This document shows positions 31,709-42,705 of a stretch of 64,000 nt of DNA, piece by piece. Made by a program: the position numbers and the translations under genes. Every line of letters starts with the position of its first letter. Positions within the stretch are counted from its first letter, which is position 1. Source of the stretch: an uncultured delta proteobacterium (GTDB lineage Bacteria > Myxococcota_A > UBA9160 > UBA4427); the NCBI GenBank assembly GCA_963822965.1, contig CAWGJT010000005.1, positions 256,001 to 320,000 of the forward strand. The letters are read 5' to 3'. The notes under the pieces were generated by a model, which saw only the letters and a program-made list of their open reading frames with translations, made no database searches and was not told the DNA's origin.

Positions 31709-33178
31709 TCAGCGAGACGGGCGCCCCGGCTGGCGGGCCCTACCGAGAATATCGACCACGGGGGCACCGTCCGCACCCGGCAGCGGAAAGCCGAGCAGGT
31801 CCGCGAGGGTGGGCGCCACGTCGATCTGCGACATCTCGCGGACGCGCACCCCCGGCCGGATGCCGGCCCCCCACGCCACGAAGCCCACGGAGCTTCCCGG
31901 GTCGGTGGGCAGGTAGCCACCCAGCCCCCGGCGCGGCGTGGGCTGCAGCACCGCTCCCCGCGCCAGCTTGCCGATGCCGAAGCCGGCCTCGCCCTCGATC
32001 CCGAACCAGGCCTGGGGATCGGCGTGCAGGGCGCTGAGCTCCGAGGCCGGCACGATGCGGAACGCGCGCGTGCGGCTCACCTGCTCTTCGAGCGCCCTCC
32101 GCGCCAGCAGCGCCTCGTGCTCGCCCGAGGCGTACACCACCGCGGAGCCGCCGTAGCTGCGCACGAAGGCATCCCAGCTCGCAACCCCCGAGCCGAGGTA
32201 CATGGGCGCCAGGGTGATGAGGCCCACGGATTCGAGCACGACGTTCGGGTAGACGATGGTGTGCAGCGGGAAGAGCGCGCGGTCGCCCACGAGCAGGAAC
32301 GTCGTGCCCTCGAGGATGCCGGCCGTCTGGAAGCAGTCGACGAGCCGGCCGAGGGCCGCGTCCACGTCCTGGAACGCAGCCCGCGCGCCGTCGCTGCCGG
32401 GTCCGTCGCGGGCCAGCGCCACCCCCGTCTCCTCGAAGGTCAGCAGCCAGAGGGCGGGCCGGGTCGGCTGCATGGCGATCTCGCAGGCGAGCCGCTCCAC
32501 CAGCACGTCGCGTTGGACCGGGTCCGGCCAGGACACGTCGGCCAGGCCCGGGTCGAGGCGGCGCAGCCGGTCGACGATCCACGGCGTCGCGTCCTGGCTC
32601 AGCAGGCCCAGCCAGTTCTGGTCCGGATCACGATCGGGCACGCCCATGTCGGGCAGCAGCAACGGGATGTCCGCATCGCGGGTGAGGGGCCAGTTGAGCG
32701 CCGTCACCGAGAGCCCCGTCATCTGGGCCGCACGCCACACCGGCGTCCCGTGGATGCGTCCCGCGCGGGAGATACCACGCACGTGCAGCCCCTGGGGTCC
32801 CAGCACTTCGTCGCCCAGCACGCCGTGCCGATCGGGGCGCAGTCCGGTGACGAACGTGGCGTGCACCGGATACAGCGCGGCCGGAAACACGGGCGTCATC
32901 GCGTCCGCATAGGCGCCCTCCCGCGCGAGCCGCGCGAGGTTGGGCATCTCGACACCGCGCAGCTGCAGGCCCGCCTGGGGGTCGCCCGCGCCGTACTCGA
33001 CGGGGCGCAGGCCCGCCACGGAGATCAGCACGACGCGCTCGGGCGGGGTGGTGGGGCTCGAGGCGCCGACCCGCACCGTCGCCTCCGCGTCGCCCCGCCC
33101 GGCGCCGCTGCCGACACACGCGACGAGCGCAGCGCACAGGAGCCAGGCGAGCGCCAGCAGGGATCCGCGCAGGCTCAC
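31709..33178 (-). CDS. alkaline phosphatase/nucleotide pyrophosphatase-fold lipoprotein with degenerate active site
   Basis: LVAC lipobox, VVLISVAGLRP, MPNL..L...G, HATFVTG..P..HG, IDVAPTLA.LLG. Confidence 0.8.
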   Translation of the reverse strand: MSLRGSLLALAWLLCAALVACVGSGAGRGDAEATVRVGASSPTTPPERVVLISVAGLRPVEYGAGDPQAGLQLRGVEMPNLARLAREGAYADAMTPVFPAALYPVHATFVTGLRPDRHGVLGDEVLGPQGLHVRGISRAGRIHGTPVWRAAQMTGLSVTALNWPLTRDADIPLLLPDMGVPDRDPDQNWLGLLSQDATPWIVDRLRRLDPGLADVSWPDPVQRDVLVERLACEIAMQPTRPALWLLTFEETGVALARDGPGSDGARAAFQDVDAALGRLVDCFQTAGILEGTTFLLVGDRALFPLHTIVYPNVVLESVGLITLAPMYLGSGVASWDAFVRSYGGSAVVYASGEHEALLARRALEEQVSRTRAFRIVPASELSALHADPQAWFGIEGEAGFGIGKLARGAVLQPTPRRGLGGYLPTDPGSSVGFVAWGAGIRPGVRVREMSQIDVAPTLADLLGFPLPGADGAPVVDILGRARQPGRPSR

Positions 33179-34296
33179 CGGAAGATTCCCCGCCGCTCCC
33201 GTCGGCCGCGCGCGAACATCGATTCGATCGAGGCCCGCACCACGTCGACGTGCCGCTGGATCACGGCGTCCTCGTCCAGGGGATCGCCCTGGAACCGGAG
33301 CACCTCGCCGAAGTAGAAGTGGTACTTGACCGGCAGCGGCAGCAGGCCCAACGGACCGAGCCATGGAAACGTGGGGGTGATGGGCAAGGCGGGCATGCCC
33401 AGCAGCCTCGCCAGCGACTGCAGGTTCGCGAGCCCCGGCTGCTGCTCCTCGGAGCCGACCAGAGCAACGGGAACGATGGGAGTATCGGTCTGCAGCGCCA
33501 GGCGCAGGAAGCCCAGGCCGAAGCGCTGCAGCTGGTAGCGCTGGGAATAGAGCTTGTTCATGCCGCGGACGCCTTCGGGGAACACCATCACGCACTCGCC
33601 CTGCTCGAGCATGTGGATGCAGTTCTCGCGGGTTCCCACCATGGACCCGGTGCGGGCCGCCATCTCGCTCACGAAGGGCAGCTGCGACACCCAGTACTCC
33701 GCCATCGGTCGCGCGAGGCGGGGCGGGTCGGCCTCCAGGAGCATCGCCATCGCGAGCATCGCGCCGTCGAAGGGCAGCTGGCCGGCGTGGTTGCAGATCA
33801 GCAGCACGCGCCCCTCGGGCACCCGATCGATGTCGTGGGTCTCCACCCGGAAGTAGTGCCGGTACAGCAGCGCCGAAGGCAGTGCCGTGCGGCGGAAGGT
33901 GTCCGGGTGGAAGCCGTAGCGATCGAAGCCGTACTCGTTCAGGCCGATCGGGATCTCGTCGATGCGTCGGTCGATCTCCTGGCCGAGCCGGCGCACCGAC
34001 ATGGGCTGGAAGGCGCCGATCAGATCGGTGAGGGTCCCCCAGAGCCCCCCCGGCGGGCGCTGCGGAGCGTGGACACGAGCCAGGCCGCGGCTCTCGCCCA
34101 CGGTCCGGGGCGGCACTCCGGCCAGGGAGCCGGGGCGTCGAGCGCCGCCCTTTCCCCGTGCCCCACCCTTTCCCTGGGCTCCGGCGGCTCCCTGGGCTCC
34201 GGCGGCTCCCTGGGCTCCGGCGGCTCCCTGGGCTCCGGCGGCCCCGCGCCTCGGCTTCGCTCGCTTCTCGCTCTCCACGTCTTCCACCCGGCTCAT
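33175..34296 (-). CDS. lysophospholipid acyltransferase family protein (PlsC-like)
   Basis: NHAGQLPFDG, VFPEGVRG, PIVPV, LPITPTFPWLGPLG. Confidence 0.9.
   Translation of the reverse strand: MSRVEDVESEKRAKPRRGAAGAQGAAGAQGAAGAQGAAGAQGKGGARGKGGARRPGSLAGVPPRTVGESRGLARVHAPQRPPGGLWGTLTDLIGAFQPMSVRRLGQEIDRRIDEIPIGLNEYGFDRYGFHPDTFRRTALPSALLYRHYFRVETHDIDRVPEGRVLLICNHAGQLPFDGAMLAMAMLLEADPPRLARPMAEYWVSQLPFVSEMAARTGSMVGTRENCIHMLEQGECVMVFPEGVRGMNKLYSQRYQLQRFGLGFLRLALQTDTPIVPVALVGSEEQQPGLANLQSLARLLGMPALPITPTFPWLGPLGLLPLPVKYHFYFGEVLRFQGDPLDEDAVIQRHVDVVRASIESMFARGRRERRGIFR
34172..34243 (-). repeat. 18-bp tandem repeat x4 (GAAGAQ) in the acyltransferase N-terminus
   Basis: CCCTGGGCTCCGGCGGCT x4. Confidence 0.95.
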
Positions 34297-35210
34297 CGCC
34301 TCACGCTCTCGAAGATCTCGTGCAGACCGTACTGACATCGGAAGCCCGTCGCCTCAACGAACCGCCTTCCGTCGAGAGACACCGGATACTTGAGGAAATC
34401 CAGCAGCCCGGCCGGGTACGGCAGCAGCCCGAAGCGGAACAGGCGACCGAACAGCCAGCGCGCCGGCGGATCGGGAATCGGCCAGGCCGTGCCCCCGGTC
34501 TCCCGGATCGCCGTGTGGACCGGCACCTCGCCCGGACCCACCACGTTGTAGACGCCCCGCAGCTTGTGCTGGGCTGCCAGCGCCACGGCCGCCGCCATGT
34601 CGTCCTCGTGGATGAACTGCATCATCGGATCGAAGCCCAGCACCGTCGGCACCCGCGGCTGCGCCAGGTACTCGCGCACCATCGAGTGCACGTGGGGCCC
34701 CAGGACGTTGACCGGCCGCAGCACGCTCGTGATGAGCTCGGGGTGATGCCAGATGGTGCCCGTCGCCAGGCTGTCGACCTCCACCAGGTCGCGAATCTCG
34801 GGATATGTACGGCTGGCGGAGAGCGGCGCCTCCTCGTCGAGCTGGTAGGGATTCTCGGGGAAGGCGCCGTACACGTAGCCGCTGGAGAGCACCACCACCC
34901 GCTCGACGCCGTACTTCACGCAGTGGTCGAGCAGCGTCCGCGTGCCCCCGACGTTCACCTGATGGCGGACGCGGTCGTCGCCGCGGAAGTGCCGGATGAA
35001 GGCCAGGTGCACCACCACCTGGGGCCGCTCGGTGCGCACCACGTCCTCGAACTTGCGCTTCCGGAGGTCCACCACGTGGGTCTTGATCCCACGGGGGCAG
35101 TTGCGCCAGCGGTGGGAGTCGACACCGGTGACGTCGTAGCGTTCGTGGAGCTGCCGGGCCACGAGCTGGCCCAGGCCGCCCGCGATTCCGGTCAGTAGAA
35201 GTTTTTCCAC
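34293..35210 (-). CDS. NAD-dependent epimerase/dehydratase (extended SDR)
   Basis: TGIAGGLG, VHLA, NVGGT, VYGA, LRP, GFDPMMQFIHEDD, YNV. Confidence 0.88.
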   Translation of the reverse strand: MEKLLLTGIAGGLGQLVARQLHERYDVTGVDSHRWRNCPRGIKTHVVDLRKRKFEDVVRTERPQVVVHLAFIRHFRGDDRVRHQVNVGGTRTLLDHCVKYGVERVVVLSSGYVYGAFPENPYQLDEEAPLSASRTYPEIRDLVEVDSLATGTIWHHPELITSVLRPVNVLGPHVHSMVREYLAQPRVPTVLGFDPMMQFIHEDDMAAAVALAAQHKLRGVYNVVGPGEVPVHTAIRETGGTAWPIPDPPARWLFGRLFRFGLLPYPAGLLDFLKYPVSLDGRRFVEATGFRCQYGLHEIFESVRR

Positions 35211-35342
35211 TTTGACTCCAGATACTTACGCTTCGTTGGTTGGGCCTGGGCCCGGGAGTTTCGTAATCTACCGCCGAATTTCACCTGGGCACCTCTCTTC
35301 CGGACGCGCCCGGAGGCTTCCGGTCTGCCCCGGAGGGATCTG

Positions 35343-36064
35343 GTGGTCGAGCAATCGCCCCGCTTCGAAGAGCTGAAGGTGTCGCTGCCCGAGCCCGCCT
35401 CGGGCCTCCGCGAGGTCTCCGCGGTGCTCGGCGTCCCCGAATGGTGGCCCACCGGCTCGCGGGTCGCCGTCGCGTTGGCCCACGGCTCCGCCAACAACAT
35501 GGACGATCCCGATCCTGGTCGACATCCACCGCCGGCTGACGGCGCGGAAGTTCCTGAGTCTGCGCTTCAACTTCCCCTTCGGCGAGGCGGGCAAGCGCAG
35601 CGGCACCGACTCCGTGGAGGTGATGGACCGGACGTTTCGCGCGGCCCTGGGCGTGCTCGGCCGCGACCTCAGCCAGGCGCCGGCCCACCTCGTCCTGGGC
35701 GGCAAGGGCACCGGCGCGCGGGCGGCCGCCCACCTGGCCACCGCGCGGCTCCGCATCGCGGGGCTGTTCTTTCTCGGCTTTCCCCTCCATCCCCAGGACA
35801 AGAAGGAGAAGATGCAGGCGGAGAGCCTGTATCCGGATCACCTCGCCGATGCTGTTCATCCAGGGCACGCGGGATCGGCGCTGCGACGTGGACACCCTTC
35901 GGGAGACCCTGCGGCACGTCGGCGCACCCACGCGGCTCCACGTAGTGGAAGAGGCGGACCACAACTTCAAGGTTCCCAAGCGGTCGCTGCGCAACGAGGA
36001 GGAGGTGCGGAACGAGATCTTCCACGTCCTCTCCGACTGGCTGGCCTCGGTGATCGGAGACTGA
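35343..36064 (+). CDS. alpha/beta hydrolase (frameshifted)
   Basis: LAHG, LRFNFP, LGGKGTG, LGFPLHP, LFIQGTRD, ADHNF. Confidence 0.8.
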
Positions 36065-36098
36065 GCAGCCGGGCCCGAGCGCCGCCCGCACGCGGATC

Positions 36099-36418
36099 AT
36101 GACCGACGCGACAGCCCAGAGCTGGCACGACCTGGGACCGGTCGAGCGCTTCGCCGAAGGCAAGCCCCACGGCGGCCGCGTCGGGAACGTCCAGCTGTGC
36201 TTCGGCCGCAGCGGCGACCGCTGGTTCGCGATCGACGACACCTGCCCCCACGCGGGCGGGAGCCTGGCCGAAGGGATGCTCGACGACGACCTCGCCATCT
36301 GCCCCTCCACGCGTACGCGTTCGAGATCGATACCGGACGCTGCCTGGACGATCCCGCCTGCTCGGTTTCGGCCTACCCGGTCCGGGTCCGACAGGGCATC
36401 CTGCAGGTACGGATCTGA
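36099..36418 (+). CDS. Rieske [2Fe-2S] ferredoxin (frameshift near 36303)
   Basis: DTCPHAGGSLAEG...ICP(L)HAYAFEIDTG. Confidence 0.85.
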
Positions 36419-36453
36419 GCCGACCCAGAAGCACCGCCCCCGAGGAGGCATGC

Positions 36454-37200
36454 GTGTCCCAGCCCCAGAACGATTCCGCTCGAGCCCCCGACCCCGCCGG
36501 AGCCCGGGAGAGAGACCTCTACTTCTGCCAGGCCGCGGTGGGCCAGATGGCGAACTTCGCCTACCTGATCGGCAGCCGCTCCGCGCGCGAGGCCCTGCTC
36601 GTAGACCCGGCCTGGGAGGTGGACGCCCTGCTCGACCAGGCGGAGGCCGACGGCATGCAGGTCGTTGGCGCGCTCGTCACCCACTACCACCAGGACCACG
36701 TGGGCGGCTCCCTGTTCGGTCACTCCATCGAGGGGCTCGATCGCCTGATGGAGCGCCGGCCGGTCCCGATCCACGTCAATCGCAACGAGGCGGAGGGCCT
36801 GAAGAAGGTGACCGGGGTGTCCCAGAGCGACCTCGTGATCCACGAGGGAGGGGACGTGGTCGAGGTCGGCGGCATCCGCACGCGCCTGCTGCACACGCCG
36901 GGACACACCCCGGGCTCGCAGTGCTTCCTCGTGGAGGAGGGCGGAAGGCCCGGCCAGCTCGTGTCGGGAGACACGCTCTTCCTGGGCAGCTGCGGGCGCG
37001 TCGATCTGCCGGGAAGCGATCCCGAGGCCATGTACCGCAGCCTGAACGAGACGCTGAAGCAGCTACCGGACGAGACCCTGCTCTTCCCCGGGCACCTCTA
37101 CTCTGCCGAGGGGCAGTCCACGCTGGGCGAGCAGAAGCGCTCGAACCCCTTCCTCCGGGTGACCTCGCTCGAGATGTTCCTGAGCTTCATGGGCGTCTAG
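36454..37200 (+). CDS. MBL-fold metallo-hydrolase (glyoxalase II-like)
   Basis: THYHQDHVGG, HTPGHTPGS, GDTLF..SCGRVD, PGHLY. Confidence 0.9.
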   Translation: MSQPQNDSARAPDPAGARERDLYFCQAAVGQMANFAYLIGSRSAREALLVDPAWEVDALLDQAEADGMQVVGALVTHYHQDHVGGSLFGHSIEGLDRLMERRPVPIHVNRNEAEGLKKVTGVSQSDLVIHEGGDVVEVGGIRTRLLHTPGHTPGSQCFLVEEGGRPGQLVSGDTLFLGSCGRVDLPGSDPEAMYRSLNETLKQLPDETLLFPGHLYSAEGQSTLGEQKRSNPFLRVTSLEMFLSFMGV

Positions 37201-37209
37201 GACGCCGAT

Positions 37210-37799
37210 TCAGAGCCGCCCTGGAGGAGGTCGAGCTACTTCTTCTTGATGGTCGCCTACCAGGATCTCGCCGCGGATCTCGGTCCTGGCCCTGGTGCTG
37301 GGGATTCGCCAGCGCCTGTCCGGGCCGCTTGATGATGTACTGGTAGCGGCCGGGCTTGAGCTCGCAGAAGCTGGCGAACTCGCCGGGGTGGATGGGCTCC
37401 GAGCGGAGCTCGTCCTCGACGATGGAGAAGTTGACGAGGCTGTGGCAGATCATCGAGCGCGCCACCTCGCGCTCGAAGACGATCGTCACGGGCGTGGCCG
37501 AGTAGCTGATCCAGGCCACGAGCTGCCCCTCCTTCAGACGGACGGCCTTGGGGCTGATGCTGTCGTCCGTGATCAGCACGACCTTGTGGCTCGTCTGACG
37601 GTAGTCCGGGCTCAGCTGGGGAATCGTTGCCGGGGGAGTCGTAGGGCATCTCGCTGGGGCGCTCGTCCCCAGCCGCCCTGGCCATTCCGCCCGACAGGAC
37701 GAGCGCCAGCGCGACTGCCAGAAACGGCACGGCTCCAAGCGACCGCCGCCGCTCCGGGCTGCGTTCGCGCGTCCGGTCGAATGCTTCGAGCCTGAACAT
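37210..37799 (-). CDS. exported hypothetical protein, possibly cupredoxin-like (frameshifted)
   Basis: Signal peptide, then ISPKAVRLKEGQLVAW...FASFCELKPGRYQY. Confidence 0.5.
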
Positions 37800-38003
37800 G
37801 GTCGGTCGCCTCCGGCGTGGGAGTCCGGGTGGATCCCCCGGCGGTTATACCATAAAGCTCGCGCGCTTAGGTTCGCCTTCCGCACGTCCGGGCCGGATCG
37901 CGCACGCTGCCGCCACCGGCCCACCGCGCACGGAGCCCTCCGGAGGGGCTCGAAGGGAAAGTCCCTCGGGACCCTCGCAGACCCGCCCCGCCCCGCTTCC
38001 GCG

Positions 38004-38032
38004 TTGAAATCGCCGGACCCGTCTTGTAGGGT
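38004..38032 (+). promoter_or_regulatory. sigma-70-type promoter candidate for etfBA
   Basis: TTGAAA-N17-TAGGGT. Confidence 0.45.
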
Positions 38033-38355
38033 CTTCGCGCCTCGTCGGGGACCTCGAAGTCCCCCTCGCACTCGACTCGCGCCGAAGGACCGGCCCCACG
38101 CTCCCGACCGCCTCTCCGATCGAGCCAGCACGGAGCCGCGGCGGGAAGCCGAGCCTGCCCCTCGTGCCGGGGAAGCGTCGGGAAGCGCGAGCCCGGCGCG
38201 AGCCGGGTGAGCCGGGAGAGGCGCCGATCACGATCTGCGAGAGCCCGAAGCCGCGCTGAGAGACAGCCCTCTTCCTTCTCGCGTTCTCAGTCCCAGTTCC
38301 CAGTCCCGACCACCCTTTCCCTACCACCCTCACCCAACCCCGGAGGCCACGACCC

Positions 38356-39141
38356 ATGAAGGTCATGGTGTGCCTGAAGCAGGTGCCGCACCAGGATGCC
38401 AAGCTCGACATCCGACCCGACGGAACCTGGATCCAGGAAGACAACATCAAGTTCGAGATCAACAGCTACGACACCTACGCCCTCGAAGAGGCGCTCCGTC
38501 TCAAGGACGCGCGGCCGACACCGAGGTGGTGGTGGTCTCCATCGGTCCGGCCCGGGTCACCCAGGCGCTCCGAACCGCCCTCGGCATGGGCGCCGACCGC
38601 GCCATCCACGTGAACGACCCGGAGGCCGAGACCTCCGACGCACTGGGCGTCGCGAAGATCCTGGCGGCCATCGCCAAGGCCGAGAGCCCGGACATCGTCT
38701 TCACGGGGCTGATGGCCGACGACGGCAACTCCGCCGCCGTGCCGCCGATGCTGGCGGAGCTGATCGACGTGCCCTCCGCCACGGGCGTCGTCCACACGGA
38801 GCTGAAGGACGGCGCCCTCACGGTGGAGCGCGAGCTCGAGGGCGGCGCGCTCGAGGTCGTCGAGCTGCCGACCCCGTGCCTGGTGGCGATCCAGACGGGC
38901 GCCAACCAGGTCCGCTACGCGTCCCTGAAGGGCATCATGCAGGCCAAGAAGAAGCCGGTGGACGTGAAGACCGCCGCGGACCTCGGCGTCTCCGGCCAGG
39001 TCGGCGCGGCGCACGCCAAGGTCCTGCGGGACAAGGTCTATCAGCCCCCGAAGGCCGATCGCGCCGAGATCCTCACGGGCACGCACCGACGAGATCGTTG
39101 CCGGGCTCGTCGGCAAGATCAAGGAGCTCGGCCTCCTCTAG
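38356..39141 (+). CDS. etfB: electron transfer flavoprotein beta subunit (frameshifted)
   Basis: MKVMVCLKQVP, INSYD.YALEEALRL, ALGMGADRA, VERELEGG, RYASLKGIMQAKKKP. Confidence 0.93.
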
Positions 39142-39243
39142 CACAGCCAGCAGGCGCAGCAAGAGCAGGCAGGCGCAAGAGCAGGCAGGCCAAGAACGGG
39201 CGCTCGGCCTCCCCCAGAGGAGGTCGGCGAAGGAGAAGATCCG

Positions 39244-40211
39244 ATGGGCAACATCCTCGTCGTCACGGAGATCCAGAACGGCAAGATCCGCGAGGCCAGC
39301 TACGAGCTGGCTGACACTCGCCCAGAGCGCTGGGACGGCACGGTCAAGAGCCTGGTGATCGGCAGCGGCATCGACGGCCTCGCCGGCGAGTTCGCCTCCA
39401 AGGGCGGCGGCGAGACGTTCGTGGCCGACGATCCGGCGGCTGGCCAACTACAGCGTCGAGGCCTGGAGCAAGGCCATCCGGGCGGCGGTCGAGGCCGCGG
39501 GCGCGGACCTGGTGCTGCTCTCCAACACCCCGAGCGGCTGGGACGTCGCCCCGCGCGTGGCCGCGGCCCTCGACGCGGCCTTCGTGGCCGACTGCTTCAA
39601 CGCCGAGATGCAGGACGGCAAGCTCGTCGTCTTCCGCCGCGTCTTCAACGGCAAGCTCGACGCCCAGCTCACCTGCGGCCGCGGGCAAGGCGGTGCTCAC
39701 GGTGCAGCCGGGCGCCAAGGCGCCCTTCTCGGGCTCGAGCGACGGCAAGACGACCGCCGCTGTCGGTCGACCTGTCGGGCGCGCGCGCGAAGTTCGTGCG
39801 AGATCAAGGCGGCCGCGGCGAAGGGCATCGACCTCACGAAGGCCGACGTGATCGTCTCCGGCGGCCGCGGGCGTCGGCGACCCCGAGAAGTTCCCCGAGG
39901 TGATCCAGCCCCTGGCCGACGCTCTCGGCGGCGCCATGGGCGCCTCGCGCCCCGTCGTCGACGCGGGCTGGCTGCCCCACGCGTACCAGGTCGGCTCCTC
40001 GGGCCAGGTGGTGACGCCCAAGCTCTACATCGCCTGCGGCATCTCCGGCGCCATCCAGCACCTCGTGGGCATGAAGAACTCGAACTACATCATCGCGATC
40101 AACAAGGATCCGGATGCGCCGATCTTCGAGGTCGCGAACCTCGGCGTCGTGGGCGACCTGTTCGAGGTCGTGCCGGCCCTGACCGAGGCCGTGAAGGCCG
40201 CGAAGGGCTGA
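39244..40211 (+). CDS. etfA: electron transfer flavoprotein alpha subunit (multiple frameshifts)
   Basis: [57 protein letters not shown]. Confidence 0.93.
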
Positions 40212-40239
40212 GCGCGGCTCGAGCTCGGCGAGGCTCTTC

Positions 40240-40276
40240 GAGAGCCCGCGACGGCACGCCGCCGTCGCGGGCTCTC
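40240..40276 (+). terminator. 16-bp perfect stem-loop after etfA
   Basis: GAGAGCCCGCGACGGC-ACGCC-GCCGTCGCGGGCTCTC, weak U-tract. Confidence 0.6.
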
Positions 40277-40649
40277 TGCGTTTCGGGAAGTCGCACCGCA
40301 GAGCGTCCGTCCCAGAACGACTCACTCCGCGTCATCCGAGCGACGAAGATGTCAGCGGCCGGTCGACTCCGCATTGACACTGGCGTCCGTCTCCCGCATA
40401 CCACTGGAAGCGGCGCCTTCGACAGCGACGGAGGCGCGGAGAGCGGAGAGGCAGCAGAAACAACTGGGCGGGGTCGACACAGCCGCGCGGTCGATGTCGA
40501 AGTCGCAAGACAACGAACACGAGCGAGAGTCGAGAGAGAGCGACACGGTGCGCCGCACTCGTTGCGGCTGCGGAATCGCCTGCTGACAGACGCCGAGACG
40601 GCTGCGGAAGACCGGTCATCGATCGCGATCGAGACGTGCCCCCGACGAG

Positions 40650-41556
40650 GTGAGCCATTCCTCGGCGTATCGTCTTCATCAACGAGAAGGGAGGCAGCGG
40701 CAAGACCACCCTGGTCGCCAACATCGCCTCCTATCTCGCCTGGAAGCGGGGCCGGCGCACGCTGGCCATCGACATGGATCCCCAGGGCCAGCTGGGCAAG
40801 GTGCTCGGCCTCGAGGTTCGCAGGCCCCGCGGCAGCGCCATCGAGCTGCTGGTCGACAGCCTGCTGGGGAACCCGGGCAGACCCGAGGCACTCGATACGG
40901 GTGCCATGCGCTTCGCGCTTCCCGTCTGCAGCTCGCGCGTTCCGAACCTCGACGTCGTCGTCGCCAACAAGTCCCTCGCGCTGTTCCCGGCCTGGAGCGG
41001 GCCGCAGGCGGACGGTCGCGAGGCCGCCGGGAGCCGAGCCGGAGCGCCGGCTCGCCGCCAATCTCGAGCGGTCCAAGGAGCTTCGGGACTACGACTTCGT
41101 GCTCTTCGACGCGCCGCCTTCCTTCGGTCCGCTCACCCTCTCCGTGCTGCTCGCGTGCGACGAGGTGGTGGTGCCGGTTCCCCTCACCTACCTGGCCCTC
41201 GACGGCTTCGCCGAGCTGCTGCGGACCATCGACCTGGTACACGATCGCTACGGCCACACGAGCCTGCGCGATCGCCATGGTGATTCCCACCTTCTACCGC
41301 CGCACGCGCCTCGCGCACGAGATCCTCGAGAAGCTCGCGGAGCGCTTCCCCAAGGAGATCGCCCAGACGGTGGTCGGCTACCACGTGAAGATCGACGAGG
41401 CCCAGTCGCGCGGGCCTCTCGATCTTCGAGTACGCGCCCCGGGACCGGGGAGCGCGGGCCATGGCCGCGCTCGCCGAGGAGCTCGAGGAGCGAGGGCGCG
41501 AGCAGGAGCACGAAGCGGCGCGAGCCGTCACCCCCCGGCGAGGAGACGTCCGATGA
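40650..41556 (+). CDS. ParA/Soj family ATPase, orphan (multiple frameshifts)
   Basis: FINEKGGSGKTT deviant Walker A, IDMDPQG, YDFVLFDAPPS, VVVPV. Confidence 0.85.
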
Positions 41557-42705
41557 CGGAGCGAGAGACGCGAGTCCCCTCGACCCGGGCACGCTCGCGG
41601 CCGTCCTGGCGGAAGCGGCGTTGCTGGAGGCAAAGGATCCCGCGGAGCGTCCCGCCCTGGGTCGCGATCCCTTCGAGCCCGACCGTCGACTTCGATCCGT
41701 TCGAGCACGGGCTGGCCGTGCTCGGCTTCGAGGGCCTGTCGCCCGGCGACGGCGCGCAGCGAAGACGAGCCCGCTCCCCGGGAGCGGTGACGCGGAGCCT
41801 CCCACGGCCCCCGAGCGCGCGCGGGCCTGGACGACCCTGCCGCGTCTGTCCGAGATCGAGCCCGTCGACCCGTCGAGCCTCGTCGAGCGCTGGCTCGGGC
41901 CCGGACGAGCGGCGCCGGCTCGCCGCGCTCGCACCACCTGGTGGAGAGCGAGCTCGCCTACGACCGCTTCGGCCTCTCGCCCGAGCGTGCTGCGACGCGC
42001 CTTTCCGTTCTTCTACGCCCTCTACCGCCTGTACTTCCGCGTCCAGAGCCGCGGGCACGAGAACCTGCCCGAGCAGGGGCCGGCCATCCTGGCGAGCAAC
42101 CACGGCGGCCTGCTGCCGTTCGACGGCGCCATGCTGATCGTCGACTTGCTCCTCCACACCGACCCGCCGCGGCTGGCTCGCTCGGTGGTGGACCGCTGGG
42201 CCGGAAACCTGCCGTGGGTGAGCATCTTCTATGCGCGCGTCGGCCAGGTGATCGGAACGCGGGAGAACGTCGCGGACCTGCTGGCGGACGGGCAGCTGGT
42301 GCTGGTGTTTCCGGAGGGCGTGGCGGGCATCCGCAAGAACGTCACCCAGCGCTACCGGCTCCAGCCGCTTCCACGTGGGCTTCGTCGAGGAGGCCCTGCG
42401 CTCGGGCGCGCCGATCGTTCCGACGGCGGTGGTCGGAAGCGACGACCAGGCGCCGATCCTGCACGACTTCCAGGGGCTGGCCCGCAGGCTCGGGCTGCCC
42501 GCGTTGCCGATCACCCCGACGTTTCCCTGGCTCGGGCCCCTGGGCCTGCTGCCCTACCCGGTCGCGCTATCGAATCGTCTACGGCGAGCCGCTGGACTTC
42601 TCGCAGCGCTTCGGGCCCGAGAGCGCGGAAGATCCGCGGCTCGTGCGCTACCTCGCCGGACAGGTCCGGCACCGCTGCCAGCAGCTTCTGGATCGGGAAG
42701 CGTGA
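41553..42705 (+). CDS. lysophospholipid acyltransferase family protein, second paralog (frameshifted)
   Basis: YDRFG, NHGGLLPFDG, VFPEGVAG, LPITPTFPWLGPLG. Confidence 0.85.

Noticed and set aside
34172..34243. GAAGAQ repeat as a collagen or silk-like domain
   Set aside because: Only four units in a disordered N-terminus; an in-frame VNTR
40374..40650. TTGACA followed by a purine-rich leader as an sRNA
   Set aside because: Weak -10 element, no terminator or recognisable structure; probably the parA promoter region
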